Assembly (NCBI GenBank): GCA_031403195.1
Contig: JANNSZ010000095.1
Coordinates: 4,681 to 68,680 of the forward strand
DNA: 64,000 nt
Origin: Planctomycetota bacterium
GTDB taxonomy: Bacteria; Planctomycetota; Planctomycetia; Pirellulales; UBA1268
Direction: 5' to 3'
Part shown: positions 39,057 to 49,216 of the stretch, piece by piece
Numbering within the stretch: the first letter of the stretch is position 1
Layout of the letters: every line of letters starts with the position of its first letter
The notes under the pieces: model-generated
Databases searched by the model: none
What the model was told of the DNA's origin: nothing
Seen by the model: the letters and a program-made list of their open reading frames with translations, nothing else
Made by a program: the position numbers and the translations under genes

Positions 39057-39742
39057 AAATACTCCTCACCAACGACGACGGTATCGACGCTCCAGGCCTC
39101 GAGGCGCTGGCTGCCGCAGCCCATTCTCTTAACGGGGAGGTCGTCATTGCGGCGCCTGCGGAGCCGCATTCGGGCTGTGGCCACCGGGTGACGACTGGCC
39201 AGCCTCTTCTGGTCGACGAAATCAGCAATCGCCGGTTTCGGGTGCATGGCACTCCCGCCGACTGTGTGCGGCTCGCGCTCGCGCGGCTGGCGCCCGACGT
39301 GGGGCTCGTGCTTTCGGGGATCAATGCTGGCGGCAATCTCGGCGCCGATATCCATCACTCGGGCACGGTGGCCGCTGCACGCGAGGCGGCCCTCCATGGG
39401 CGAGTCGCCGTGGCCGCATCGGCGTATCACCGTCGTGGCTCCCCGATCGATTGGCAGCGGGCTGCGGCGTGGCTCGCGGCCGTGCTCGTGTCGCTGCGTG
39501 AACAGCAGTTGCCGCGCGGGGAGTTCTGGAATGTGAATCTGCCCGATCTCGATCCACTCGCACCGTCGCCTGACGTGGTGGAGTGCGAAGTCGATCCGTC
39601 GCCCTTTGCCCTCGACTACGAATTCACGGGCGGTGGCTGGCACGCCGTTGGGAACTATCACGAGCGGCCTCGAATCCCCGCAGGGGATGTGACAGTTTGT
39701 TTCTCGGGCCACATCGCGGTGTCACGGCTGCGAGCCCTGTGA
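39053..39742 (+). CDS. surE: 5'/3'-nucleotidase SurE
   Basis: MKILLTNDDGIDAPG, GTPADCV, SGINAGGN, SGTVAAA, NVNLP. Confidence 0.95.
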   Translation: MKILLTNDDGIDAPGLEALAAAAHSLNGEVVIAAPAEPHSGCGHRVTTGQPLLVDEISNRRFRVHGTPADCVRLALARLAPDVGLVLSGINAGGNLGADIHHSGTVAAAREAALHGRVAVAASAYHRRGSPIDWQRAAAWLAAVLVSLREQQLPRGEFWNVNLPDLDPLAPSPDVVECEVDPSPFALDYEFTGGGWHAVGNYHERPRIPAGDVTVCFSGHIAVSRLRAL

Positions 39743-39769
39743 TCGCCATTCGGCCCTCGACGGTCTCTC

Positions 39770-39870
39770 TCGCCGCAGGATGCGGCGACTGCCGACCATG
39801 GAAAACCTCAGCTTTTCCTTCGGTCGGCTAAGTGGAAAAGGCCATGGATGGCTTTTCCACGGACAGTCAG
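39770..39870 (+). repeat. Three-hairpin repeat, copy E (best formed)
   Basis: tcgccgcaggatgcggcga / gccgaccatggaaaacctcagcttttccttcggtcggc / gtggaaaaggccatggatggcttttccac / gtcag. Confidence 0.9.
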
Positions 39871-40166
39871 ATGTCTGCGTCGAAGACACGGACTTGGGCC
39901 CAGGTGGTCGCGTTCTCGGCGATGAATTGCATGTGTCGCGGGGCCACCTGGTAGGCGTCGTGCGCTGCGTGGGATTCAAAATTGACCAGGAGCATCACAT
40001 CCCAGTCGCGGTCGTTCACATGCCGGTCATAGGCAGCGCAGGTGCCCACCCAAAAGCCGACCTCACCCGCGTGCTCCGTGAGGTGTTCCTGGCACGAGGC
40101 GATCAACTTGGCAGCGGCGTCGGGTGTGCGTTCCTTGAGCGCGAAGTAGACGGCATGCGAGAGCAT
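39867..40166 (-). CDS. Dabb (stress-responsive A/B barrel) protein
   Basis: MLSHAVYFALK...FESHAAHDAYQVAPRH...VRVFD. Confidence 0.88.
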   Translation of the reverse strand: MLSHAVYFALKERTPDAAAKLIASCQEHLTEHAGEVGFWVGTCAAYDRHVNDRDWDVMLLVNFESHAAHDAYQVAPRHMQFIAENATTWAQVRVFDADI

Positions 40167-40171
40167 GGGCT

Positions 40172-42121
40172 TCAGGTCTCCTGATGAGGCACATCCTGAG
40201 ACGCCTCTGCGGCCGAGGGACCGTTCGAGCGGGGTGTCGCTGGCCCGATCACCGTGGCGACCTCGGTGTCGTCAAGCATCTCCCGCGATTCGAGCTCGGC
40301 TGCCAGGCGATCGAGCTTGTCGCGGTTCTCCGAGAGCAGGGTGACTGCCCGTTCAGCTGCCTCGTTCAGAAGGCGGGCAACCTCGTCGTCAATGACCTGA
40401 GCGGTGTGCTCGCTGAACTCTCGGTTTTCATACACATCGCGGCCAAGGAAGGGATGCTCGTTCGAACTCCGGCAAGAGATAGGCCCGAGCCGCGCGCTCA
40501 TGCCCCAGTGGGCCACCATCTTGCGGGCGAGGCGGGTGACCTGCGTGAGGTCATTCTCGGCGCCTGCTGTGTATTCGCCGAAGATGAGCTTCTCGGCGGC
40601 CCTCCCAGCGAGGCCAAGCACGAGATGGTTGTAGAGATTCGTCTCGCCGATGTTCATGCGATCCTCCTCCGGCATGAGCTGGGTCACGCCGAGCGCCCGG
40701 CCGCGAGGGATGATCGTCACCTTGTGGAGCTTGTCGACGCCTGGCAGAAGCCATGCGGCCAGGGCATGCCCCGCCTCATGGTAGGCCGTCATCGTCTTTT
40801 CACGGCCTGTGAGAACATCCTCTCGCTTGGGGCCCATGAGCACCTTGTCGCGGGCGTGGTCAAAGTCGGAAGCATCAACCGCCGCCTTGTCGTGACGTGT
40901 GGCCCAGAGCGCAGCCTCATTGACGAGGTTGCGAATGTCCGCGCCGGTCAGGCCGACCGTGCCGCCAGCGAGCCGTTCGAGGTTGACGTCGGGAGCCAAC
41001 GGCACATTCCGCGTGTGGACTTGGAAGAGCTCAAGGCGGGCCTTGAGGTTAGGCCTGTCGACGGTGACATGGCGGTCGAATCGGCCGGGACGTAAGAGCG
41101 CCGGGTCGAGCACGTCGGGACGGTTGGTGGCGGCGAGGACAATCACGCTTTCGGACGGGCTGAAGCCGTCCATCTCACTCAAGATCTGATTGAGCGTCTG
41201 CTCCCGCTCGTCATGGCCACCGCCGAGGCCCGCGCCTCGGACCCGGCCCACGGCATCGATCTCGTCCACGAAGAGGATCGCCGGCGACGCATCCTTGGCT
41301 GTCTTGAACATGTCGCGCACCCGCGAGGCACCCACACCGACAAACATCTGGATGAACTCGCTACCTGAGATCGAAAAGAATGGCACGCCTGCCTCGCCAG
41401 CGACCGCGCGGGCCAGGAGGGTCTTGCCGGTGCCGGGCGGTCCCATCAGGAGTACGCCCTTTGGCACACGGCCGCCGAGCCGCTGAAACTTCTTGGGATC
41501 TTTGAGGAACTCGACGATTTCCTGAAGGTCGGCTTTTACCTGATCGAGGCCGGCCACATCGGCAAACGTCATCTGCGCGTCGCCTGCGGCGTAGCGCTTG
41601 GCCGGTGACTTGGAGAAGCTGCCGAGGAAACCGGTTCCACCGAGCGGGTCGCGGGCCCGCCGCAGTGTCATCCAGAAGCCGGCCATGAGCAGGAGCGGCA
41701 CGATCAGATAGAGCCCGAGCAGAAAACCGGTGCCGTCGGTAGGCCGCTGCACTTCGGTGCGGATCTTCGGCTGCTCCTGGATGAGCTTGTCAAATCCTTC
41801 CCGGAGATAGGGCGTGAGCGTCACACGGAATGTTTTCGTCGCCTTTCGGCCACCGATGTCGTCGGCGGGAAGTGCTGTGGCAAATTCGCCCTCCACATCG
41901 TCGCCGCGGATCAGCACCTTGGTGACGTTTCCGGCGCGGGCCTGTTTGACGAATTCGTCGTAGCTGATCACGACCGCAGTACCGATTCCGCCACTCGTGA
42001 GGAACGTGGCAAAGGCGATCGCTGCAAGCACGAGCAGGATCACCACCGGAAGCCCCATGGGTTTTCCAAGGAACGGGGGCTTACCACCTGGATCTGAAGG
42101 GGGGCGAGGAGCGGTGCTCAT
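40172..42121 (-). CDS. ftsH: ATP-dependent zinc metalloprotease FtsH
   Basis: Two TM segments, [36 protein letters not shown]. Confidence 0.97.
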   Translation of the reverse strand: MSTAPRPPSDPGGKPPFLGKPMGLPVVILLVLAAIAFATFLTSGGIGTAVVISYDEFVKQARAGNVTKVLIRGDDVEGEFATALPADDIGGRKATKTFRVTLTPYLREGFDKLIQEQPKIRTEVQRPTDGTGFLLGLYLIVPLLLMAGFWMTLRRARDPLGGTGFLGSFSKSPAKRYAAGDAQMTFADVAGLDQVKADLQEIVEFLKDPKKFQRLGGRVPKGVLLMGPPGTGKTLLARAVAGEAGVPFFSISGSEFIQMFVGVGASRVRDMFKTAKDASPAILFVDEIDAVGRVRGAGLGGGHDEREQTLNQILSEMDGFSPSESVIVLAATNRPDVLDPALLRPGRFDRHVTVDRPNLKARLELFQVHTRNVPLAPDVNLERLAGGTVGLTGADIRNLVNEAALWATRHDKAAVDASDFDHARDKVLMGPKREDVLTGREKTMTAYHEAGHALAAWLLPGVDKLHKVTIIPRGRALGVTQLMPEEDRMNIGETNLYNHLVLGLAGRAAEKLIFGEYTAGAENDLTQVTRLARKMVAHWGMSARLGPISCRSSNEHPFLGRDVYENREFSEHTAQVIDDEVARLLNEAAERAVTLLSENRDKLDRLAAELESREMLDDTEVATVIGPATPRSNGPSAAEASQDVPHQET

Positions 42122-42252
42122 GGGCGGTTTTGACCAGGGGTACTCCAGGGGATGGCGGGGGCAGTGCTGGGCGGGTCGCGCGAGCCGCGTAGTGTAATGT
42201 ATGGGGATTCGGGTGGCAGGGCAGTAGCCTGTCAGCAATCAGGAGCGCACGG

Positions 42253-42666
42253 ATGGAGGTCGAGGAGGGTCGCAAGCGAGGGGTCATCGCGGTCACACGT
42301 CAGGATGACAAGTTTCTCGTGATTCGCCGCGGGGCCGCGGTGGCCGCAGGGGGCACGATCTGCTTTCCGGGAGGGCACATCGAGCTGGGCGAGGCCGAGC
42401 ACGAGGCGGTCGTGCGGGAGTGCCACGAGGAGCTTGCGGCGGTGGTGGAGCCAGGCGAGTGTGTGTGGCGGAGCGTGTCGCCCTGGGGCACGTCGCTGGC
42501 GTGGTGGACGGTTCGACTTGTCGGCGACCGGGAATTCGTGCCCCACCCAGTCGAGGTTGCGGAGATCCTCTGGCTGTCGATCGACGAGATGCTCTCCGAC
42601 CCCACCCTCCTCGAAGGCAATCGTCCCTTCCTTGAGGCGGTGCGCGATGGCCGCTTGGCGGTCTGA
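42253..42666 (+). CDS. NUDIX hydrolase
   Basis: PGGHIELGEAEHEAVVRECHEEL Nudix box. Confidence 0.9.
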   Translation: MEVEEGRKRGVIAVTRQDDKFLVIRRGAAVAAGGTICFPGGHIELGEAEHEAVVRECHEELAAVVEPGECVWRSVSPWGTSLAWWTVRLVGDREFVPHPVEVAEILWLSIDEMLSDPTLLEGNRPFLEAVRDGRLAV

Positions 42667-42759
42667 GTGTCTGTGAAAAAAGCCATCCCTGGCCTTTTTT
42701 CACAGAGGCCGACCGAGACAACGCCGAGGTTTGCCGCGGCTGGCAGTCGCCGCAGCCGC
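42663..42759 (-). repeat. Three-hairpin repeat, copy F (reverse orientation)
   Basis: ctgagtgt-ctgtgaaaaaagccatccctggccttttttcacag-aggccgaccgagacaacgccgaggtttgccgcggctggc. Confidence 0.8.
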
Positions 42760-43451
42760 TACTCTTCCGGCAGGACATCCTTCGGAAAGATGACGCCCTG
42801 CGGTTCTTGCGGAGGTGGAAGCTCCGGCGGATTCGCGGCTGAGTCGAGCAGGTTCTTGAAGCGATTCGGCTGCGGCGCGTCGTCCAAGGCAGTTGCTTGT
42901 TGAACAGCCGGATCGACGACCAAGCCCTCGGTGGCCCTCACGCGAGCGAGCCACCCGTCGAGCGTCGCCCGCTCCTGGGGCGAGAGCGGCGGGGCGACGA
43001 GCGACGGCAGAGTCGCGGATGCTGGGTGGCGCGACGCGAGCATGGCTGCCACCTTGCCGGCGTCCCGTTCGGGGCCCACGGCGTCGAGGAAGGTCTGCAT
43101 GTTGGCCAGTGTGCCGCGGCGGTCCACGCCTCGCTGCAGGTCGCGGCGGACAAACCGCGGTTCGGGGCTCGCGGCACCACCGTGGCACGCCCCGGCGGCA
43201 CAGCGGTTCAGGATGAGCGGCTGCACCCGACGCGTAAACTCAGCCACGGCCTCGGGCGGAAGGTCCGCGGCCGTCGCTGACAGCGGCACCGCAACGAGGA
43301 CGGCAGCGAGCCAGCGGCGGGGCCCCTTGCCTCGGGAGGTTGTCGGCCGGCGGATAAGCGTGACGCGTTCCTTCATGGCTCGGCTCCGTGGCGGGGGCCT
43401 CGAGGCTTCCTCATAGGCCGGGAACGTAGGGATCGCCGAGGCGTGGCTCAA
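42759..43451 (-). CDS. Hypothetical exported protein with a CX4CH motif
   Basis: Hydrophobic signal segment, then F..RVQPLILNRCAAGACHG; start may be downstream (MKERV). Confidence 0.65.
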   Translation of the reverse strand: MSHASAIPTFPAYEEASRPPPRSRAMKERVTLIRRPTTSRGKGPRRWLAAVLVAVPLSATAADLPPEAVAEFTRRVQPLILNRCAAGACHGGAASPEPRFVRRDLQRGVDRRGTLANMQTFLDAVGPERDAGKVAAMLASRHPASATLPSLVAPPLSPQERATLDGWLARVRATEGLVVDPAVQQATALDDAPQPNRFKNLLDSAANPPELPPPQEPQGVIFPKDVLPEE

Positions 43452-43558
43452 GGCGAATCCTTCCGGTGAATGGCTTGTGATTCCGCGGCGTCGGCGCCTA
43501 GACTCCTCCGGGTCAGTGCGTGTCGTGTGCCCCGTTTTCCCGAGAGCCCCCAGCGCCC

Positions 43559-44020
43559 ATGGAAAAGACGTTCGTGATGTTCAAGCCCGACTGCCTCGAG
43601 CGAGGGCTCGTCGGGCAGATCCTGTCCCGCTTTGAAAGCAAAGGCCTGCGGCTCGTCGCGATGAAAATGCTCCGCATCTCGCCGGCCATCGCGAAGCAGC
43701 ACTACGCCGAGCATGCCGAGAAGCCCTTCTATCCGGGACTCGAGGCGTTCATCACAGCGTCGCCGGTCGTCGCATGTGTGTTTGGTGGTCCGGAGGTGAT
43801 CCGTGTCGTCCGTGATATGCTCGGAGCCACGAACGGGCTTAAGGCCGCTGCTGGCACGATCCGCGGTGACTACTCGTCAAGTCGCCAGATGAACCTCGTT
43901 CATGCTTCCGACTCGCCCGAGTCGGCAGCTCGCGAGATTGCGATCTACTTCCAAGGCTCGGAGATTCAGTCATGGGATCCTTCCCTCGCTTGCTGGTATC
44001 AGGCACCGGGCGAGTGCTGA
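43559..44020 (+). CDS. ndk: Nucleoside diphosphate kinase
   Basis: TFVMFKPD, HYAEH..KPF, GATN, GTIRGD, NLVHASDS. Confidence 0.97.
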   Translation: MEKTFVMFKPDCLERGLVGQILSRFESKGLRLVAMKMLRISPAIAKQHYAEHAEKPFYPGLEAFITASPVVACVFGGPEVIRVVRDMLGATNGLKAAAGTIRGDYSSSRQMNLVHASDSPESAAREIAIYFQGSEIQSWDPSLACWYQAPGEC

Positions 44021-44030
44021 AAGGCATCCC

Positions 44031-45677
44031 ATGAGCCTGTTTGTCTTCGGACACCGTAACCCCGACACCGACGCCATCTGTTCGGCGATCGCCTACGCCG
44101 ATTACCTGAGGCGAACGGGGCGGCCTGATGCGGTGGCGGCGTGTTGTGGTCCTCCCAATCAGCGCACGGAGTTCGTGCTTCGGCGTGCTGGTTTGCCGGC
44201 GCCGAGGCTCGTGATGGACGTGCGGCCGCAGCTCGAGGCCATCTGCCGCCGCGACCCGCCCACTGCCGTCCTGGGCGATGCCTTTCATGCGGTCTATCAG
44301 CGGATGAAGGACGGCGACCTGCGGGCGATCGCAGTCGTCGATTCACACCGACGGGTGGTGGGGATCGTCTCGGTGCTCGCGCTGATGGATCTGTTCTTTC
44401 GCGACGCGGCGGATGCGACGCGTGCCCGGACAGTGGAGACGAGCCTCGCGACGATGTGCGAGGTGCTCGGCGGCACGCTCCAGCATGGCATCGAGCCACA
44501 CCAGCGGGATGAGCTGCTCGTGATGGTCGGCGCCATGAGCTCGGAAGGCTTCACCCAGCGGATGGAGGCCTATCCTGCCCGGCGGCTGATCGTTGTCTGT
44601 GGGGACCGGCCCACGATCCAGCTTCCGGCGATCGAGCACGGGGTACGGGCGCTCGTCATCACGGGAGGTTTTCGGCTTTCCAAGGGGCTTGTGGAGCTTG
44701 CGCGGGCTCGCGATGTGTCCGTCATCCTGAGCCCGTTTGACACCGTCAACACGACCCTCCGGCTCAAGTCATCGCAATTCATCGACCCAGTCGTCGAGAC
44801 GGAAGTGCTCACCCTCGCCGCCAAGGCAACCGTTGCGGAGGTGCGTGGCACCGTCGAGCGTTCGACGCAGCCCGTCTTTCCGGTCGTGCGAGACGATGGC
44901 GTCCTCGTGGGGCTCGTGTTCAAGTCTGACGTCCTCAATCCGCCGCGTCCGCGGCTGGTGCTCGTGGACCACAACGAGCTCGCGCAGGCCGTGCCAGGGG
45001 CCGATGAGGCGGAGATCGTGGAGGTGCTCGACCATCACCGACTCGGTGGAGGGCTCAAGAGCACGCAGCCGATTCGATTCATCAACGAACCGGTGGGGTC
45101 GACCTGCACGCTTGTCGCGCGACAGTTTCGCGGTGCCGGGATCGAACCTGAGCCGGCGATGGCCCTCTGCATGGCGTCGGGCATCATCTCGGACACGCTC
45201 CATCTGAGGTCGCCCACGACAACTGATGTTGACCGCGAAATCCTCGCCTGGCTCGCCGTACGGTGTGGCGAGGACCTTTCCACATACACGCGAGAGTTTT
45301 TCGAGGTTGGCTCGGCGCTGCGATCCAAGACACCCGCCGAGGTCGTGCGAGAAGACTGCAAGGAGTTCACCGAACACGGCGTTCGGTTCTCGATCTCGCA
45401 AATTGAGGAAACGGGTTTCGATCTCTTCTGGGAGCGCAAGGAAGACCTTCGCGGCGCCCTCGAAGACTTTGCTCGCCGCCAAGGGCTTGGCTTCTCGGCG
45501 TTGCTCGTAACCGATGTGGTGAGCAATGGCTCGCTCTTGTTGCTCTCGCGAGAGTCCGAGGCATGGGAGGAGATCAACTACCCGCGTCTCGACCGCGGCC
45601 TCTACGAGCTCGAAAACGTGGTGAGCCGCAAGAAGCAACTCCTGCCGCTCGTGAGCCAAGTGCTCGCCGGCGCGTGA
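44031..45677 (+). CDS. ppaC: Mn-dependent inorganic pyrophosphatase with CBS/DRTGG insert
   Basis: GHRNPDTDAI, LVDHNE, LDHH, PVGSTCT, GIISDT, SRKKQ. Confidence 0.93.
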   Translation: MSLFVFGHRNPDTDAICSAIAYADYLRRTGRPDAVAACCGPPNQRTEFVLRRAGLPAPRLVMDVRPQLEAICRRDPPTAVLGDAFHAVYQRMKDGDLRAIAVVDSHRRVVGIVSVLALMDLFFRDAADATRARTVETSLATMCEVLGGTLQHGIEPHQRDELLVMVGAMSSEGFTQRMEAYPARRLIVVCGDRPTIQLPAIEHGVRALVITGGFRLSKGLVELARARDVSVILSPFDTVNTTLRLKSSQFIDPVVETEVLTLAAKATVAEVRGTVERSTQPVFPVVRDDGVLVGLVFKSDVLNPPRPRLVLVDHNELAQAVPGADEAEIVEVLDHHRLGGGLKSTQPIRFINEPVGSTCTLVARQFRGAGIEPEPAMALCMASGIISDTLHLRSPTTTDVDREILAWLAVRCGEDLSTYTREFFEVGSALRSKTPAEVVREDCKEFTEHGVRFSISQIEETGFDLFWERKEDLRGALEDFARRQGLGFSALLVTDVVSNGSLLLLSRESEAWEEINYPRLDRGLYELENVVSRKKQLLPLVSQVLAGA

Positions 45678-45681
45678 GGTT

Positions 45682-46632
45682 TCAGCGGAGCTTGGCCGCG
45701 GGGGTGTCGGCAGCCAGGCGGTCGATCATGTCGCGGCAGGCTCGCTCCACGGCTGTCTGCCATTGGCCATCGGTGAGGCCGTTGGTCATGTCGGGTCGGG
45801 AGTGGGCGAAGATCACATCGCGTGCGCTGACAACGAGCGCCCCGAGGCCGTTGGCATGAAACGCTCCGCGAACGTCGGCGGCTCGACCACCCTGGCGGCC
45901 AAACCCCGGTACGAGAATCCAGGCGTGTGGCATGGCGGCGCGGAGATCATCGAGTTGTTTGGGCCAGGTGGCACCCACCACCGCGCCCACCGCGCCGTAG
46001 GGGCCGCCGGCAGCTGTGCGGGCAGCGAGCGCTTCCACACCGGAAGCGACATGTTCATAGATGGTTCGTCCGTCGCTCGTGAGATCCTGATAGTCCTTGC
46101 TACCCGGATTCGATGTTTTCACGAGGACGAAGATACCGGCACCGCGATGAGCCGCTGTCGTGACGAAGGGTTCCATCGAGTCCAGTCCAAGATACGGATT
46201 GATGGTGAGGGCGTCGGCTGCCCAGGGGCCTGCCAACCATCCGGCGGCGTAGGCGTCGGCAGTGGAGCCAATGTCTCCACGTTTTCCGTCAGCGAGCACG
46301 AGGAGCCCCGCCGCGTGGGCGTGGGCGATTACTTCGGCGAGCGCTGTCATTCCGTGCGGCCCGAGGGCCTCGAAGCAGGCGAGCTGCGGCTTCACAATAG
46401 GCACCAGTGCCGCGACGACATCGATCACGCCTTTGCAGAACGTCGTAAAGACCTGCGCGAGTGTGGAGGTGTCGGCCGCAGCGATCGTGGCCGCGCCGAG
46501 GGCCGGTGGGAGCGACTCGTGTCGCGGGTCGAGTCCGACGCAGGCGGGGGTATGGCGGGAGACGATGGCCGCGGCGAGCCTCGTGGCAAACGCAGGCTGC
46601 GAGGGATTCGACGAGGTGGATGCAGCGGTCAT
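45682..46632 (-). CDS. pyrF: Orotidine-5'-phosphate decarboxylase
   Basis: CVGLDP, DGKRGDIGST, NPYLG, KTSNPG, GAVVGAT, LVPGFGRQGG. Confidence 0.96.
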   Translation of the reverse strand: MTAASTSSNPSQPAFATRLAAAIVSRHTPACVGLDPRHESLPPALGAATIAAADTSTLAQVFTTFCKGVIDVVAALVPIVKPQLACFEALGPHGMTALAEVIAHAHAAGLLVLADGKRGDIGSTADAYAAGWLAGPWAADALTINPYLGLDSMEPFVTTAAHRGAGIFVLVKTSNPGSKDYQDLTSDGRTIYEHVASGVEALAARTAAGGPYGAVGAVVGATWPKQLDDLRAAMPHAWILVPGFGRQGGRAADVRGAFHANGLGALVVSARDVIFAHSRPDMTNGLTDGQWQTAVERACRDMIDRLAADTPAAKLR

Positions 46633-46733
46633 GGCTAGTTTGGCAAGCTCGTGTTGAAGCCGTTGAAAAATTCTGGGATAGTTTGTCGGTCGCGGGATGG
46701 CGATGCGAGAGCATGGCTGTTGTGCGGCGGATT

Positions 46734-46808
46734 CGGGGCGTGGCGCAGTTTGGCTAGCGCGCTTGACTGGGGGTCAAGAGGTCGCAGGTTCGAGTCCTGT
46801 CGCCCCGA
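46734..46808 (+). tRNA. tRNA-Pro(GGG), CCA not encoded
   Basis: Acceptor stem CGGGGCG/CGCCCCG, anticodon arm CTTGA-CTGGGGG-TCAAG, T arm GCAGG-TTCGAGT-CCTGT. Confidence 0.97.
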
Positions 46809-46893
46809 TTGATTGAAAGTGCTATGATTGAAGGTAGTTGGATACCCACCGACGGTCGGTGGTGCCCCTCGGGAATCCAGAGTTATCCGGTCA

Positions 46894-46918
46894 ATTAATA
46901 CGGTCTGACCGTATTAAT
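46894..46918. promoter_or_regulatory. Perfect palindrome upstream of the integrase (putative operator)
   Basis: ATTAATACGGTC-T-GACCGTATTAAT: 12-bp arms, ending 29 bp before the ATG. Confidence 0.6.
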
Positions 46919-46947
46919 CCCGGAGGACCGTTTTTTCGGAGGGCATC

Positions 46948-48246
46948 ATGCCACGTCGTACCAAGGGTTCTGTCCCATCTCTTCAGCACCACAAGTCCAG
47001 CGGCCGAGCCCGCGTCACCATCGCCGGCCGCGACTACTGGCTCGGCAAGTGGGGCTCAGCGGATGCGCAACTCGCCTACGAGCGGCTCATCGCCGAGTAC
47101 ATCGCTAACGGGCGAGTCATCCCTCCTCAGAGGGCAACATCTGATCGCGACACGGAAATCCGTGTGCAGTCCTCTCAGCCCGGCATCGCCGTCCGGGCCC
47201 CCGCGAAAGCGGACGCTCCAGATGGGCTCACGGTGGTCGAGGTCGTCACGATGTACCTCGACTACTGCCAGACCTACTACCGAGACCCAAACGGGAAGCT
47301 CACGAGCACGTACGGCAATGCGCTCCAGGCTGCCCGGGCGCTCCGTGTGTTTGATGATACGCCCGCGGCGACCTTCGGCCCCAAGAAGCTCGGCATGATC
47401 CGAGACTCGTTGGCGGCATCAGGTCGCCCTCGCGTGGGATGCAACAAGGTCGTGAAGAGCGTGCGGCGAGTCTTCCAGTGGGCCGAGTCGCAAGAGCTCG
47501 TCCCGCGAGGTACGCACAACTCGCTCAAGACGGTGGAGCCGCTCCGCAAGGGCCGCACGGTGGCCAAGGAGCTACCGCCGATCAAGCCCGTCGACGAGGC
47601 CACTGTCGATGCAACGCTCCCACACCTCCCGGAAGTCGTGGCTGATATGGTTCGGATCCAACGGCTCACCGGCGCTCGCCCGGGCGAAGTCTGTTGCCTG
47701 CGACCGGTGGATATTGATCGGTCCGGTCCGGATTGGAAGTGGCAGCCGCCACAGCACAAGAACAGTTGGCGGGATGCCGAACGCGTCATCATGATCGGGC
47801 CGCGAGCTCGCGAAATCCTCGAGCGGTACCTGGCGCGGGATGAGAAGGCGCACTGCTTCTCGCCGATCGATTCCGAAAAGATGCGAAGCCGTCGGCGCCG
47901 GCTCGAACGCCAGTCGCCGATGACGCCGTCTCAGCGGGCCAGGAAACCCAAGCGTAAGGGGCGCAGGCGACCTCGTGATCACTACGACACGGCCTCCTAC
48001 CGACACGCACTGACACGAGCCGTTGCTGCGGCCAATGCCGAGCGCCTAGCCAAGGACCCGACGGCCACACCGATCGAGGATTGGTCGCCAAACCAGTTGC
48101 GTCACGCTGCCGCAACTGAAATCCGAAAGAAGTTCGGGTTGGAAGCGGCCCAAGTCGTCCTCGGCCACACATCGGCGGACATCACGCAGGTCTACGCCGA
48201 ACGTGACCAGGCATTGGCAGCCGACGTCATACGGCAGATCGGATAG
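46948..48246 (+). CDS. Tyrosine recombinase/integrase
   Basis: LTGARPGEV (R), HKN (K), NQLRH, LGH, TQVY (Y); N-terminal arm-binding-like region. Confidence 0.95.
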   Translation: MPRRTKGSVPSLQHHKSSGRARVTIAGRDYWLGKWGSADAQLAYERLIAEYIANGRVIPPQRATSDRDTEIRVQSSQPGIAVRAPAKADAPDGLTVVEVVTMYLDYCQTYYRDPNGKLTSTYGNALQAARALRVFDDTPAATFGPKKLGMIRDSLAASGRPRVGCNKVVKSVRRVFQWAESQELVPRGTHNSLKTVEPLRKGRTVAKELPPIKPVDEATVDATLPHLPEVVADMVRIQRLTGARPGEVCCLRPVDIDRSGPDWKWQPPQHKNSWRDAERVIMIGPRAREILERYLARDEKAHCFSPIDSEKMRSRRRRLERQSPMTPSQRARKPKRKGRRRPRDHYDTASYRHALTRAVAAANAERLAKDPTATPIEDWSPNQLRHAAATEIRKKFGLEAAQVVLGHTSADITQVYAERDQALAADVIRQIG

Positions 48247-48251
48247 ACGTC

Positions 48252-48632
48252 CTATACCGGCGGCCCCTGCGGTCTCGACGCGCGAGTCATCGCGTCGAGC
48301 CTGCGGCGGGCCGCCTCGATTTCTTCACGGCGGCGTGTCGAGTGACGCTCGACATGAGTTGCAATCGGACGTTGGGCCGGCGACGCGAGCGGGGTAGCGG
48401 AAGCATCAGAACGGCTCCCTGCCTCAATGAATCGCTCGATCGCGGACACGGTGACAAATCGCTTGCCGCCGATGCAGACGCTGTCGAGCTTCACGCCCCT
48501 GCAGCCCTTCATGCACCAGCGGTACAGGGTCGAAACGTTTGGTTTTTTGTTTCCGGTGAGCTTGCCGATGTAGGCGGCAGCCTCGAGAAGGTTCAGCGGC
48601 CTCTCCTCGGCGAGTTGTTGAATATCGATCAT
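48252..48632 (-). CDS. Excisionase-like HTH protein (DUF1580-like)
   Basis: LNLLEAA...PNVSTLYRWCMKGCRGVKLDSVCIGGKRFVTVSAIERF; AAGGA Shine-Dalgarno 6 nt upstream; convergent with the integrase. Confidence 0.82.
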   Translation of the reverse strand: MIDIQQLAEERPLNLLEAAAYIGKLTGNKKPNVSTLYRWCMKGCRGVKLDSVCIGGKRFVTVSAIERFIEAGSRSDASATPLASPAQRPIATHVERHSTRRREEIEAARRRLDAMTRASRPQGPPV

Positions 48633-48646
48633 GGGAAATCCTTGAG

Positions 48647-48704
<58 letters not shown>

Positions 48705-48767
48705 ATATTGGCGAGCGATCACCGCTCGGTGTAGAAGCCAGATTTCGATGTGGCGCAGGCAACATGG

Positions 48768-49028
48768 TTACGTCACTGATTCCTCGACGAAGCGGATGAG
48801 GTCCTCAACGCGGTATCGCCGTATTGGCCGCTTGAATCCCGTCGCTACAAACTCGACACATCGAAGGCGGTCGCGCTTCACAAGAACGCGAAGGGTCTTT
48901 CGGCTTATGCAAAGCAGGTCGGCGGCCTCGTACTCGCTGATGAGGAGAGGCGGAGGCGCCTCGTACGGGCATTGATCGTCGTGCTCGTCAACGTTGCCGC
49001 ATGCTTCGTCGAAATTTTCATGATCCAT
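48768..49028 (-). CDS. Small HTH DNA-binding protein (HTH_17/Xis-like)
   Basis: LLISEYEAADLLCISRKTLRVLVKRDRL...RRYRVEDLIRF. Confidence 0.8.
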   Translation of the reverse strand: MDHENFDEACGNVDEHDDQCPYEAPPPLLISEYEAADLLCISRKTLRVLVKRDRLRCVEFVATGFKRPIRRYRVEDLIRFVEESVT

Positions 49029-49114
49029 GTTGCACCTATTGGCTGGAGGTTTATGGCGAGGCACAACTCTCGGCCCCACGCACGATTCCAATAGAGCGAG
49101 CCAGGGCCGTCGGA

Positions 49115-49137
49115 GGCGTTTTTCAGGGCGAATTTCA
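49115..49137 (-). repeat. 23-bp inverted repeat, left copy
   Basis: GGCGTTTTTCAGGGCGAATTTCA is the exact reverse complement of 50624-50646. Confidence 0.9.
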
Positions 49138-49216
49138 CGGTGACGCCAACTGGAGTTGGGTGGTGGGCCGGGTAGGCTGTGGCTAAAGGTCGCTACTCCC
49201 TCCAGGTCATTCAGTC

